Assembly: GCA_036010925.1 (NCBI GenBank)
Contig: DASCML010000069.1
Coordinates: 1 to 36,417 of the forward strand
Length of the DNA stretch: 36,417 nt
Reading direction: 5' to 3'
Source: Dehalococcoidia bacterium
GTDB taxonomy: Bacteria > Chloroflexota > Dehalococcoidia > Tepidiformales > Tepidiformaceae
The translations under genes and the position numbers were made by a program. Under the pieces are notes generated by a model. That model had not been told where the DNA came from. It searched no databases and was given only the letters and a program-made list of their open reading frames with translations. This document shows positions 1 through 9,492 of this stretch, piece after piece. How positions within the stretch are numbered: position 1 is the stretch's first letter; every line of letters begins with the position of its first letter.

Positions 1-101
1 AGACCGGTCATCGCAACCCCGTCCAGGCAGTGACATTGTAGGTGCGCGGCGAAGAACCGGTGAGGTGCCCTCTATCCGGCCTCGGGATTGCGAAGCAGCG
101 C

Positions 102-1781
102 TCAGGTGGGCGAGCCAGCCTCTTCGACTCCCACGACTATTGCCCCGGTCGGGCATGCTTTGAAGCAGCGCCCACAGTAGATGCAGGCATCCTGGTCGAT
201 TTCATAAACGGCGAAGTCGCGGACATCCTCAACTGGTCTCACAGAACCATCGTCGTCGAGGGCCACCCGATGGATGCACTCCTCCGGGCAGATGATTGCG
301 CAGGCCTGACAGGCCGTGCAGAGGTCGAAGACAACGCTTGGCGGCAGGCCGCAGTAGAGGCAACGGAGCCCGTCGGCCATTGCCTCCCGTTCGGCCATCG
401 TCAACTCGGCCTCCACGTCCAATCCGAGATCCGGCTCACCTTCTGCGTCAGCCAATGTCGCGCTCGACATCATGTTTTCGATGCTCTGGATCTCGAATCG
501 CTCGACTTCGGGCCACCCGCCGTCTGGCGCGTATCGATCGTGGAGATACCGGTGGATGGATTCGGCCGCCGCATGCCCCCCGGCGACGGCTTCGATGATG
601 GTTGATGCGCCGGTGACAAAGTCGCCGCCGGCGAACACGCCGTCTTCGGGAGTCATCGATGTGTCAGGGTCGGTGGTGCGAAGGTCGGCACCCACTTTGG
701 GGTCGAGGGACTCGGCGTCGGGTTGCTGCCCGAGCGCGAGAATGACCATGTCCGCGGTGAATACGAACTCTGTGCCTTCTATTGGGACGGGCCTTGCCCG
801 ACCAGAGGCGTCGGGCTCTCCCAACCGGTTACGGATACAGCGCACGCCGGCGACGCGGCCGTCCAAGCCCTCGACCATCTTCAGGGGGGAGACGAGGTAT
901 TCAATATTGACGCCTTCGCGGAGGGTGTCCTCCATCTCCTCGTCGTGGACTTCCGTTTCGGCGCGAGTGCGCCGGTAGAGCATGGTCACCTTTTCGGCGC
1001 CAAGCCTGATGGCGGTGCGGCAGGCGTCGACGGCCGTGTAGCCGCCGCCGATCACTGCCACCTCCTTTCCGCACTTCGGGCGCCCACCGAGATTGGATTC
1101 TTCGAGGAGGGGAAGGGACTGGATGACTCCGGGGAGGTCGACACCCGGTACATCGAGGTCGTTCCAGCGCATTGCCCCGGCACCGATAAAGACCGCCTGG
1201 TGGTCGCTCCTCAACTGTTCGAGGCTGACATCATGGCCAACCCTGATGCCGGTTCTGAGTTCGATTCCGAGATCAAGAATCGAGGCCAGATCGCGATTGA
1301 TCGCGTCATGTGAAAGCCGGAAGCGCGGGACCCCCAGGAGGGTCATTCCGCCGGGTTCGTTGGCAGCTTCATAGATCGTTACTGCGTGGCCCTTCATGGC
1401 CAGGTCGTGGGCGGCGGTCATCCCGGCCGGGCCGGCGCCAATCACCCCGACCGCTACACCCGTTGGCGGTGTGGGCGTCTTTTCGACGCCACGTGCTTCG
1501 TAACGGTCGGTAAGAAAGCGTTTTAGCTTCCGGATCCGGACCGGCTTGTCAAATTCTCGCCTCGTGCAGACGTCTTCGCAGGGCGCGCTGCAGGCTCGAC
1601 CACAAACGGCGGCAAACGGGTTAGGGTCGCGAGCCGCAGTGAACGCTTCGTTGAACCGTCCCCGGGCGGTGAGTGTCACGTAGCTCCGGACGTCGGTGTG
1701 CACCGGGCAGGCAGCCTGGCATGGGGCCGGGTACTGATGCCGCCAACGGTTGAATTCTTCGAAGGCGTCGAGCTTCGGCAT
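102..1781 (-). CDS. GltD-like FAD/NAD(P)H oxidoreductase fused to Fe-S domains (N-terminal Cys clusters plus C-terminal 2x[4Fe-4S] ferredoxin)
   Basis: 559-aa ORF. Two Rossmann motifs (VGVIGAGPAGMTAA, VAVIGGGYTAVD). N-terminal CQAACPVHTD and CGRACSAPCEDVC motifs as in the glutamate synthase small-subunit family. C-terminal CTACQACAIICP and CIYCGRCFKACP ferredoxin motifs. GAGGAG lies 4 nt upstream of the ATG at 1781. Confidence 0.85.
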   Translation of the reverse strand: MPKLDAFEEFNRWRHQYPAPCQAACPVHTDVRSYVTLTARGRFNEAFTAARDPNPFAAVCGRACSAPCEDVCTRREFDKPVRIRKLKRFLTDRYEARGVEKTPTPPTGVAVGVIGAGPAGMTAAHDLAMKGHAVTIYEAANEPGGMTLLGVPRFRLSHDAINRDLASILDLGIELRTGIRVGHDVSLEQLRSDHQAVFIGAGAMRWNDLDVPGVDLPGVIQSLPLLEESNLGGRPKCGKEVAVIGGGYTAVDACRTAIRLGAEKVTMLYRRTRAETEVHDEEMEDTLREGVNIEYLVSPLKMVEGLDGRVAGVRCIRNRLGEPDASGRARPVPIEGTEFVFTADMVILALGQQPDAESLDPKVGADLRTTDPDTSMTPEDGVFAGGDFVTGASTIIEAVAGGHAAAESIHRYLHDRYAPDGGWPEVERFEIQSIENMMSSATLADAEGEPDLGLDVEAELTMAEREAMADGLRCLYCGLPPSVVFDLCTACQACAIICPEECIHRVALDDDGSVRPVEDVRDFAVYEIDQDACIYCGRCFKACPTGAIVVGVEEAGSPT

Positions 1782-1867
1782 GCGGTTCTCCTCGGGGCCT
1801 ATCGGCGCCCGGTTGGCTCCTTGCGTAGGTCAGATTTGATTCGGGCGCCATAAATCCGACAGGGAGT

Positions 1868-2059
1868 CTACGGCCGATCGACCTTGCCGGCCATGATGCG
1901 TGCTCTGTAGAGTGCCGATTGGATTGCTTCGACCAGCTGGCGCGCGGCCCCCTTCGTCATCTCAACGGCGATGCGAGTACCCGGACCAGTCGATTCGTTT
2001 ACGAAGTCGATGTGGAGAGCGTGTTCCTGGTCGAGATGGAAAGGGTGATCTAAGGTCAC
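1868..2059 (-). CDS. hypothetical small protein (63 aa)
   Basis: ORF between two same-strand genes. The translation is unbiased and protein-like. GTG start without a convincing SD. No family recognised. Confidence 0.3.
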   Translation of the reverse strand: MTLDHPFHLDQEHALHIDFVNESTGPGTRIAVEMTKGAARQLVEAIQSALYRARIMAGKVDRP

Positions 2060-2174
2060 GTAGGTGTGGTCCAGCCGGAACTAGGTGTCTCCTCGGCCGG
2101 CGCAACCATCGACCCGGATTTTTTCTGCAATCATCGTGCACATGTGCGTTTCCGTTATTGCTTCGCGGAGCGAT

Positions 2175-2936
2175 TCAGGAAAGATGGCGGCCGAAGAAAT
2201 CGAAGACCTTCTTCCAGCCGTCCACGGCCTGCTCGGCTCTGTAGGCGGCGGGCCGGTCGTGGTAGAAAAAACCGTGCCCGGCTCCGGAGTACATATGGAA
2301 CTCGTGTTCCTTACCGAGCCTCTTGAGCTCGGTCTCATGCGTGGCTACCTGCTCAGGCGCGGGTGACCGATCGTCCTCTCCGAAAAGCCCGAGCAGCGGA
2401 CATGAAAGGTCGGCGGAGTAGTCGATTGGCGCTACTGGGCGCTGGAGTGATAGCTCTTCAGGCTGGGCAACGACTCCCCCACCCCAGAGATCGGCGGCCG
2501 CTGAGAAGCCGTCCGTCCTGCTCGCGGCGAGGACAGTGTGGCGTCCGCCGGAGCAGGTTCCAATGACGCCGATCTTGCCATTGCATTGCAGCTGAGCGGC
2601 GAGGTAGGACTGGGCCCCGGCCACATCGGCGACAGCCTGATCGTCTGCTACGCCGCCGCCAGCCCGGACCTTGGCCGCGATGTCTTGAGGGGTGCCATGG
2701 CCCGCCCTGCAGTAAAGGTCAGGCGAAATCGCCAGGTACCCGTGGTGGGCGAATTTGCGAGTGGCCTCCCGGTACCACTCGTCCCAGCCTGGCATATGGT
2801 GAATGAGCACCATGCCGGGGAAGGGCCCAGGCCCCATCGGTCGCGCGTAGTAGGCGTGGATATCGTCTCCATTGTGTCCGCGGATGGTGAGCGTTTCGGC
2901 AACCATGCCTTCGTACTGGTCAGTTTCGTACATCAT
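2175..2936 (-). CDS. dienelactone hydrolase family protein
   Basis: ORF 2175..2966. Start moved to the ATG pair at 2936/2933, directly after GGAGGA. Alpha/beta fold with nucleophile elbow GTCSGG (Cys nucleophile type) and a C-terminal GAGHGF His motif. Confidence 0.85.
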   Translation of the reverse strand: MMYETDQYEGMVAETLTIRGHNGDDIHAYYARPMGPGPFPGMVLIHHMPGWDEWYREATRKFAHHGYLAISPDLYCRAGHGTPQDIAAKVRAGGGVADDQAVADVAGAQSYLAAQLQCNGKIGVIGTCSGGRHTVLAASRTDGFSAAADLWGGGVVAQPEELSLQRPVAPIDYSADLSCPLLGLFGEDDRSPAPEQVATHETELKRLGKEHEFHMYSGAGHGFFYHDRPAAYRAEQAVDGWKKVFDFFGRHLS

Positions 2937-3024
2937 TCCTCCCCGCGGCGTAAGGCCGTTGATCAAATATTGCCGAAAGACGACCGGTTTCGGCTACCGA
3001 ATCGACATGCGAAAGACGAAGAAA

Positions 3025-3053
3025 TTGTTCGCATCTGTTATTTTCCATATACT
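3025..3053 (+). promoter_or_regulatory. candidate sigma-70-type promoter (TTGTTC-17 nt-TATACT)
   Basis: Hexamers read directly in the AT-richer divergent intergenic region, about 110 nt upstream of the DUF3179 start codon. Confidence 0.35.
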
Positions 3054-3176
3054 TCCGACGATGAGCCGGTGTGTAGCTCATTGGGCGGACAGGCTTGCTC
3101 TCCACCTAAGATGTGGGCCCTTCTTCCTGACGAGGTTGTACATGTCGATTCTCTTTTGTGTGGCGTGAAAGTACGC

Positions 3177-4376
3177 ATGTCAACCCGGGCGAAGCCCCGG
3201 GTGATTGTCCCAGCAGATTCAACTCCGGTCTTGCTGCTCGCTCTCTTGGGGGCCGCAGCGGTTTTGGCAATCGGCTGCGGTGGTTCTTCAGATTTAACGC
3301 CGTCCGATTCTGATACACCAGGCAAGGTGGCATCCATTGTTTCGCCCACCGATTCGCCACCGTCGGGTCCTTCGCCGTCTCCTCCGCTAGCGGCAGATGG
3401 CATTACCGGTGCATCGGTTCCTCCACCGATGATCGAATCCGCGAAGTTCGATAGCTCGCGCGTGTCCGAGAGTGCGGGCAGCTTCCCGGCTCTGACCGAC
3501 CCTGAATTTGTGAGTGCCGGCACGGTAGATTGGATGAGTTTCGACGACCTCGTGCTGGGCGCGGTCCAAGGCGATGAATCGCGTGCCTATCCACTTTCGA
3601 TGATGACCTACCACCACGTGGTCAACGATACGCTGGGAGGTAGCCCTTACCTGGTTACCTTCTGAATAGTCTGCTCATCGGGGGTCGGTTTCGACCCTCA
3701 AGTCGGAGGCGAGCGCCTCCTCTTCCGGGCAGCGGGCCTCTACAACGGCGTCTTCGTCATGTGGGATGATGTTACTGGAACTTCCTGGTCGCACCTGGAC
3801 GGCGTGGCGCTCGACGGCGCTCTAGCGGGCGAACAGCTGCCAATCCTTCCGCTATGAACCGCGACCTGGGAAGAGTGGCTCAAGGATCACCCAGACACCA
3901 CCGTGATTTCGAATGACACGCCGTACAGCAACTCCTACCGGACCGTTAGCCTCGGCGCCCCCGGCCTGGGCACGCGGTTCGTGGACACGCTCGATGAAAT
4001 CGACGACCGACTCCCGATAAACACGCTCGTAATTGGAGTCCTTGCCGGGTCGGAAGCTATTGCATTTCCGCTCGATGCCGGGACGCAATCACCGATGCAG
4101 GCTGACGTGGGTGGGACCCCGGTCGTGGTTCTCGAAAGCGGCGATGGGACTCCGTCGCTCGCGTACCATCGCGCGCTCAGTGATGGCCGGATCCTCGATT
4201 TCGAACGGATAGACGGGGTGGTCTAAGACGCACAGACGGGCTCGACGTGGTCGGCCGATGGCCTCGCCCTGGAGGGTGAGCTTACCGGCGTTCAGCTGAC
4301 CTTCGTCACCTCGTTCCTGACGGAATGGTACGGATGGGCCGCATTCCACCCGGAGACTGAGATCTTCTTGGACTAG
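3177..4376 (+). pseudogene. DUF3179-family lipoprotein gene interrupted by three in-frame stop codons
   Basis: A single frame (phase 0) runs from ATG 3177 (or GTG 3165) to TAG 4374-4376. Signal peptide plus lipobox LAIGC. DUF3179-like blocks lie on both sides of every stop: ...RAYPLSMMTYHHVVNDTLGGSPYLVTF*IVCSSGVGFD..., ...LPILPL*TATWEEWLKDHPDTTV..., ...GVV*DAQTGSTWSADGLALEGELTGVQL...EWYGWAAFHPETEIF. Stops are TGA 3663-3665, TGA 3855-3857 and TAA 4224-4226. No frameshift is needed. Confidence 0.75.
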
Positions 4377-4380
4377 GTAA

Positions 4381-5148
4381 TCACCGGGCGGTATAACCGC
4401 CATCGACCGGGAGCGTCGCCCCGGTGATAAAAGAGGCTTCATCGGAGGCCAGAAACGCTGCGACGGTCGCAATTTCGGCGGGTTCGCCGAGTCGCCCCAT
4501 AGGGTGCAGGTCCGCGAGGTGTTTCTCTCCGGCCGGGTCCTCTCTAACTGCGGCGGTCATCGGTGTCACAATGAACCCCGGTGCGATGGCGTTCACGCGA
4601 ACGCCTTTGCGAGCGAATTGGACCGCGAACTGGCGCGTCAGCTGAATCACTCCTGCCTTTGACGCGTGGTAGGCCCCAGACCCGTACTCGGTCGGTGGAG
4701 CGTCGGGCATGGGTGCTGCCGGAAGAGCTACGAGTCCCGCGATCGAAGCTGTACTGACAACCGATCCACCACCCCTTTCGGATAGCACCTGGCAGCCGTA
4801 GTAGAGGCCGTTGTAAACCCCGCCCAAGTTTACCTCTATTACGCGGTCCCAGCCGAACCCAGCGCCGCCAATCCCTGCGTTGTTGAACAGCACGTCAATG
4901 CCGCCGAACTCAGTGGCGGTCTGTCGCAGGGCAGCGGAAACTGCCTTCCCGTTGGCGACGTCGAGCTCGAGAGCCTCCGCCGTACCCCCATGCTCACTGA
5001 CGGCGGCTGCGGTAGCCTCGGCACCAGCCATGTCTATGTCGGCGCACATCACCGCTGCGCCCTCCCGGGCGAAGGTGATGGCGCTTTCACGGCCGATTCC
5101 AGACGCAGCGCCGGTTACCAGCGCAACCTTGCTATTCAGTCTTCCCAT
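4381..5148 (-). CDS. SDR family oxidoreductase
   Basis: TGAASGIGRE (TGxxxGxG), NNAG and YHASK (YxxxK) motifs. Start placed at ATG 5148 after GGAGAGGGA. Confidence 0.9.
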   Translation of the reverse strand: MGRLNSKVALVTGAASGIGRESAITFAREGAAVMCADIDMAGAEATAAAVSEHGGTAEALELDVANGKAVSAALRQTATEFGGIDVLFNNAGIGGAGFGWDRVIEVNLGGVYNGLYYGCQVLSERGGGSVVSTASIAGLVALPAAPMPDAPPTEYGSGAYHASKAGVIQLTRQFAVQFARKGVRVNAIAPGFIVTPMTAAVREDPAGEKHLADLHPMGRLGEPAEIATVAAFLASDEASFITGATLPVDGGYTAR

Positions 5149-5214
5149 TGATGTCCCTCTCCGGACGGCCACAGTACGACGAGGACGATACCGCTTCCAG
5201 CGGGAGCTTCGCGA

Positions 5215-6006
5215 TTAATCTTCGGACTGGCGGGTGTTCGAGATCCACGATCCGAAGTTCCAGAAACGCCGCGCCCGGTCTCTGATCAAACCGGGTGAGA
5301 GCAGGTGGCGGCGGGGAAAGCCTGCAAGTTCCCTGAGTTCATCTCCGAAGGTATCGATAACTGGCCGCCCGTGCCCGGCAAGGCCCGAAGCGGGAGCCGA
5401 AGCGGCGAACCGAGCAAGCGTTTCGAGATACTGCTCATCATTGCTGTTCGCCATCTTCATCGGACGGGACAGGCAATCGCGGTGTGAGATGACAAGGTCG
5501 CCAACGATTGCGAGGTCTCTATCTTCGAGGATGAAAGCGAGCGAACCCGGCGTGTGGCCGGGCACCGGTATAGCCACCGTTCCGGCCGCTACTTCTGTTC
5601 GCCTGTCGACTACCTCGTCGACCGGTATTGTCGCTGGGCGGCCTCGAAGTCGACCAATGACTCGGCCGACCCGTTCTGTCGGACCTCCGCCGGCCGTTCC
5701 ATCAGACAGCACCGGTTGACCGCTTTCGGTCGGTCGGGTGTCACCTTCACCAGCGAGGACGGTTGCCCCCGTCAGCCTACGCAGTCGACCGGCGGCGCCG
5801 GCATGATCGCGGTGCGCGTGCGTGAGGAAGATCCTGGAAAGTGTTCTGCCCGGGGCAGTTTCTTCGAGTTCGCGGATTACTGGACGAGTGTTTTCTTTGA
5901 ATCCAGGGTCGACGACGATTAGCTCGCCACCACAATCGACGAGATACACGTTGCAGCCCTTAGTCCCGTGGAACCACCAGACCCCATCTGCGACCTGCTC
6001 CGCCAT
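5215..6006 (-). CDS. MBL-fold metallo-hydrolase
   Basis: THAHRDHAG (HxHxDH) motif and a later GHTPGS His motif. Start at ATG 6006 preceded by GGAGG. Confidence 0.85.
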   Translation of the reverse strand: MAEQVADGVWWFHGTKGCNVYLVDCGGELIVVDPGFKENTRPVIRELEETAPGRTLSRIFLTHAHRDHAGAAGRLRRLTGATVLAGEGDTRPTESGQPVLSDGTAGGGPTERVGRVIGRLRGRPATIPVDEVVDRRTEVAAGTVAIPVPGHTPGSLAFILEDRDLAIVGDLVISHRDCLSRPMKMANSNDEQYLETLARFAASAPASGLAGHGRPVIDTFGDELRELAGFPRRHLLSPGLIRDRARRFWNFGSWISNTRQSED

Positions 6007-6086
6007 GCAACCTCCGACCGTGCGTGATTGTAGCCGCATCCGTGGGCCAGTAGCCTTGGCCGGAAATTTCGACTCCGGAGGTAGAG

Positions 6087-6482
6087 ATGTTCCTTGGAGT
6101 GGATCATGTGGTCATCGCGGTGAAGGACCTGGACGCCTCGGTCGCGCGTTACGAGGGAATCTATGGGATGGAGGTCAGCGAACGAAGGGAATCGCCCGAG
6201 GCAGGTATGGCGATGGCCTTCTTCAGGTTTCCAGACAGCTACGTGGAGCTTGTGACTGCTACGAGCGAGGCAGGACCCGTCGCGAAACGGCTCGCTACGA
6301 GCGGCGAAGGAGTCCACCTGATAGCAATGCGTGTGGACGGCCTGGAGGACACCTTGAACGGTCTACGTGAGCAGGGTATTCGCCTCGTCGGCGACCCCGG
6401 ACCGGGTAACCCCGTGACGGGCCAGGTCTTCTTGCACCCGGCGGCCGCCGGTGGAGTGCTGACACAGCTGGTCGAGGGCTAG
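6087..6482 (+). CDS. VOC/glyoxalase-fold protein, methylmalonyl-CoA epimerase-like
   Basis: 131 aa. N-terminal GVDHVVIAVKDLD and later VHLIAMRV blocks typical of the epimerase/VOC fold. GGAGG lies 6 nt upstream of the ATG. Confidence 0.75.
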   Translation: MFLGVDHVVIAVKDLDASVARYEGIYGMEVSERRESPEAGMAMAFFRFPDSYVELVTATSEAGPVAKRLATSGEGVHLIAMRVDGLEDTLNGLREQGIRLVGDPGPGNPVTGQVFLHPAAAGGVLTQLVEG

Positions 6483-6800
6483 AGGTTTGTCTTCGATGAA
6501 CTCCTCGGTGTGGGAGTTGATTGGCGAGCGCGATGAGCGACAGCACGCGAGACTCGCCGAGCGAGGCCCAGCAGTGTACTTCTAGGATAAGTTCGAAATC
6601 GGTCCGGGGGGACTTGCGTGCCGACTTTGTGCTGGGGTTTTTCGACAAGTCGTGATCCCCGTGTATTGCAACCGGGTGATGGAGGACGAGCGGGCGATTG
6701 CAGTCGCGCGCCCAGACCATCGGCGAAGAGCAATTCGGGCCTTACTAGGCCAATGGGGGACGGCCGCTCAGGGAATCCCCGCGAGTAGTGAGCCGTTCCC

Positions 6801-7445
6801 TCAGCGCTGCAGGTGGGCGATGTCTTCGTCCCGCCCGGCGACTATCCACAGATCATTGGATTGAACGACATCGTTCAGCTCGGGGTTGAAGGTTATTGAG
6901 CCGTCCCTGACCCGGGCTACGAAGAACACTTTGAAGCGGTCCTGGACGTCGATGTCACCGATACGAATGTTGTGGGCTCCGGTCGGGGCTTTCACCTTGG
7001 CGATCCCGTAGTCAGCCTGAACGGACATGTAGTCGGAGACGGACCGGGATCCGAGCGTGTGCGCGAGCCGAACGGCGGATTCCTTCTCCGGGTTCACAAT
7101 CACGTCTGCCCCGGCGAGTTCGAGGGCTCGCGTGTGGTCGTCGCTGCCCGTCTTGGCGGCGACGTGTCGCAAGTGCATCCGCTGCTTGAGCGTGAGGGTG
7201 ATGAGCACGCTAGTGGCAACGTCGCTACCGATCGCGACTATCACGTAGTCGTAATCGCCAAGAGCGAGCGACTCGAGGAATTCGACATCTGTGAGATTGC
7301 CCTCGGCAGCGAAGAGCACTTCTTCTGCGAGGTCGTTGACTAGTGCGGGGTTCTGGTCCACTGCAAGGACATCCACTCCGAGCCGCATGAGCTCGCGTGC
7401 TATCTGTGTGCCGAATCGACCGAGTCCCAAGACTGCTGCGTTCAT
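6801..7445 (-). CDS. trkA: TrkA/KtrA-type K+ uptake regulatory subunit (RCK_N + RCK_C)
   Basis: 214 aa. N-terminal Rossmann VLGLGRFGTQIAREL. Lies 3 nt downstream of the TrkH-family gene. Confidence 0.88.
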   Translation of the reverse strand: MNAAVLGLGRFGTQIARELMRLGVDVLAVDQNPALVNDLAEEVLFAAEGNLTDVEFLESLALGDYDYVIVAIGSDVATSVLITLTLKQRMHLRHVAAKTGSDDHTRALELAGADVIVNPEKESAVRLAHTLGSRSVSDYMSVQADYGIAKVKAPTGAHNIRIGDIDVQDRFKVFFVARVRDGSITFNPELNDVVQSNDLWIVAGRDEDIAHLQR

Positions 7446-7448
7446 AGA

Positions 7449-8867
7449 TCAACCAAGCCGGATGCTATCCCCCGGGACCCTGAAGGTCGACCGCCGCCGC
7501 GGTGCGTTCATCTGGAGAAGCAGTACGAGAGGCCCAAATCGACCCAGTAGCATTGCCCCGGTGAAGGCCAGCCGGGCCATTGCGTCCGCCCGGCCAGGTA
7601 CGCCGGTCGACATCCCGACAGTGCCCAGGGCCGAGACCGAATCGAACATCACGTTCACGAACACCTCGTCTGTCAATGCCATCATCAGGAGGATGAATGC
7701 CAGCGTGACCAGAAGACCCCAGATGGTGATGGCAAGCGCCTGCCTGATCATCCGTTCGGGGATCTTGCGGCGGAACAGGACTGCGTCGGGCTCTCCTCTG
7801 ACAGTCGCGAGCATCGCTGCCAGCAAGAGGGCGAACGTCCCGATCTTGATCCCCCCGGCGGTGGACCCGGCGGCCCCGCCGACAAACATCAACGGAGCCA
7901 CGAGCATCTTGGTCTGGTCGCGGGTTTCGTCGAGAGGAATGACGCTGAACCCGGCGGTCCGACTCATCGCAACCTCGAAGAACGAGTCAAGAACCCGCAC
8001 TTCTACGTTCTCCCGGCCGATCGTTTCGTCGTCGTCCCATTCGAAGACTGCGAACACGACGGTACCCAACACGAGGATTACCCCGGTCATCAGAAAGATG
8101 ATCTTCGCATCGAGTGGAAGCTTTCCCCAGGAACGGCAGCCAACGAACGCCAGCACCGGGATCGCTCCCATCCCCCCTAGGACCACAAGGACTGAGATGG
8201 TCCCAGTTATGGTGTGATTGGCTCGGAAGTCGATCATGTCGTTGCCGGTGATGTTGAAGCCGGAATTGTTAAAGGCGGAAATAGAGTGGAAGCCGGCCTG
8301 CCAGCCGGCTTCCCCAACGCCGTAGTCTTCCCCGAGGAATGCGAAGAAGAGGATCACGGTCCCGATAGCCTCTAGGGCCAGGGCATAGATGGCGATGTTT
8401 CTTACAAAGGCCAGGGTCTCGCCTAGGCTCGGGGCGCTGTAGTAAAGGCGCAGAAGTTGTCTGTCCCGGAGCCCCATTTGCCGGCCCGCTGCCCAGAGAA
8501 GCACGCCCGTGCCCACCATGTAACCGAGTCCACCGAGCTGCACGAGGGTGATGATCACGATTTCACCGAACATGCTCCAGTGAGTACTCGTGTCAAAGAC
8601 GGTGAGGCCCGTGACGCAGATCGCCGAGACGCCCGTGAACAGGGCGTCGACGAGGTTGGTCGGCTCTCCGTCTTCTGCGGCAAGCGGTGTCCCAAGGAGG
8701 AGGACTCCGATCAGCAGGGCAACGGCGAACCCCGAGAGTGCACGGACGGCGCCGCTACCCAGGGATCGGGATGGTCCAATTTCGCGGATTCGAACCTCAG
8801 CCGTGCCCATCCGCCGTAAGCGGATGGGTCGGGTCGCGCGCGAGAGCCTAGGGGGGCGCGACATCAT
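7449..8867 (-). CDS. trkH: TrkH/KtrB-family K+ transporter membrane subunit
   Basis: 472-aa polytopic membrane protein with repeated selectivity-filter-like Gly motifs (TGLTV, NNSGFN, TAGFS, TVGMSTG). The start could instead be the internal Met20. Confidence 0.88.
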   Translation of the reverse strand: MMSRPPRLSRATRPIRLRRMGTAEVRIREIGPSRSLGSGAVRALSGFAVALLIGVLLLGTPLAAEDGEPTNLVDALFTGVSAICVTGLTVFDTSTHWSMFGEIVIITLVQLGGLGYMVGTGVLLWAAGRQMGLRDRQLLRLYYSAPSLGETLAFVRNIAIYALALEAIGTVILFFAFLGEDYGVGEAGWQAGFHSISAFNNSGFNITGNDMIDFRANHTITGTISVLVVLGGMGAIPVLAFVGCRSWGKLPLDAKIIFLMTGVILVLGTVVFAVFEWDDDETIGRENVEVRVLDSFFEVAMSRTAGFSVIPLDETRDQTKMLVAPLMFVGGAAGSTAGGIKIGTFALLLAAMLATVRGEPDAVLFRRKIPERMIRQALAITIWGLLVTLAFILLMMALTDEVFVNVMFDSVSALGTVGMSTGVPGRADAMARLAFTGAMLLGRFGPLVLLLQMNAPRRRSTFRVPGDSIRLG

Positions 8868-8933
8868 CGTCCGCGAGGGTCCGCCTGAACCGCTGGTAGG
8901 TCAAGGTGTGAGCGCAGTTGAGTCGAAGAGGAA

Positions 8934-9224
8934 GTGTACGATCAGAACGTGGAAGTCCGGTTCTACGCCACCCTGCGTCCCATCGTCGGAGGCAAATTCA
9001 TCGATGTCGACATCGAAGGCGAAGCCTCCGTGCGCCGGTTGCTTGACGCACTAACGGACCGCTTCCCGGAACTCGGTCCCCTCGTTTGGTCGGGGGAAGG
9101 AGAGCTGAGGGACTTCCTTAAGCTGTTCGTGAACGGCAGAGATGTGCGACACCTCCAGATGCTCGATACTCCGGTGCCGGCCGATGCCATTGTCGATGTC
9201 TTCCCACCGGTGGCGGGTGGCTGA
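8934..9224 (+). CDS. MoaD/ThiS-family ubiquitin-like sulfur-carrier protein (C-terminal Gly-Gly)
   Basis: 96 aa ending ...VFPPVAGG-stop. VRFYATLR... beta-grasp N-terminus. Start uncertain (GTG 8934 or GTG 8949). Confidence 0.8.
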   Translation: MYDQNVEVRFYATLRPIVGGKFIDVDIEGEASVRRLLDALTDRFPELGPLVWSGEGELRDFLKLFVNGRDVRHLQMLDTPVPADAIVDVFPPVAGG

Positions 9225-9474
9225 CGGAGTGGTGCGACTGGAGGTCCGGAATCTTCCGCGCGACCTGATCAGCGGCTACCTCGTGGATGAGTTCGGAGGA
9301 ACCCGTCAGGGGGACACAGTCGTCGGGGACGGCTGGACCGTGACATTCCGGGAGGCTACCACAGCGTGGGTGGGCGGCATGCAGGTGCCGGCCCTCTTCA
9401 TCGACGTCGAAGGTCCACGAGAGACCGATGCCGCCCGCTTTCTCCGCCTAAAGACGATGCGTGGAGGCGGCTAA
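9217..9474 (+). CDS. hypothetical small protein ending in Gly-Gly-Gly
   Basis: ORF in phase +1. A GTG at 9217 overlaps the moaD-like stop (GTGGCTGA). The translation is protein-like and ends ...LKTMRGGG. No family recognised. Confidence 0.45.
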   Translation: MADGVVRLEVRNLPRDLISGYLVDEFGGTRQGDTVVGDGWTVTFREATTAWVGGMQVPALFIDVEGPRETDAARFLRLKTMRGGG

Positions 9475-9492
9475 GCGGCATCGACGCGCAGG

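Noticed and set aside
1-101. Possible start of another minus-strand gene at the window edge (ATGACCGGTCT reading leftward from about position 12).
   Set aside because: Only four codons fall inside the window, so it cannot be supported.
2974-3019. 10-nt direct repeat CGAAAGACGA (2974-2983 and 3010-3019) in the divergent promoter region.
   Set aside because: It has only two copies, is short and has no palindromic symmetry. It could be a regulator half-site pair but cannot be told from chance here.
6483-6800. 318-nt gap between the VOC gene and trkA with some protein-like minus-strand text (...DFELILEVHCWASLGESRVLSLIALANQ...).
   Set aside because: No start codon, SD or recognisable family. It partly overlaps the VOC gene end. 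It could be another remnant, but the evidence is insufficient.
7291-8217. Long antisense or overlapping ORFs opposite real genes (also 14523..15701, 10439..11224, 16407..17288, 17612..18262, 29286..30089, 34195..34821).
   Set aside because: These are typical shadow ORFs of GC-rich DNA. They have Arg/Pro/Ser-biased composition and no motifs, and each fully overlaps a gene with clear family signatures on the other strand.
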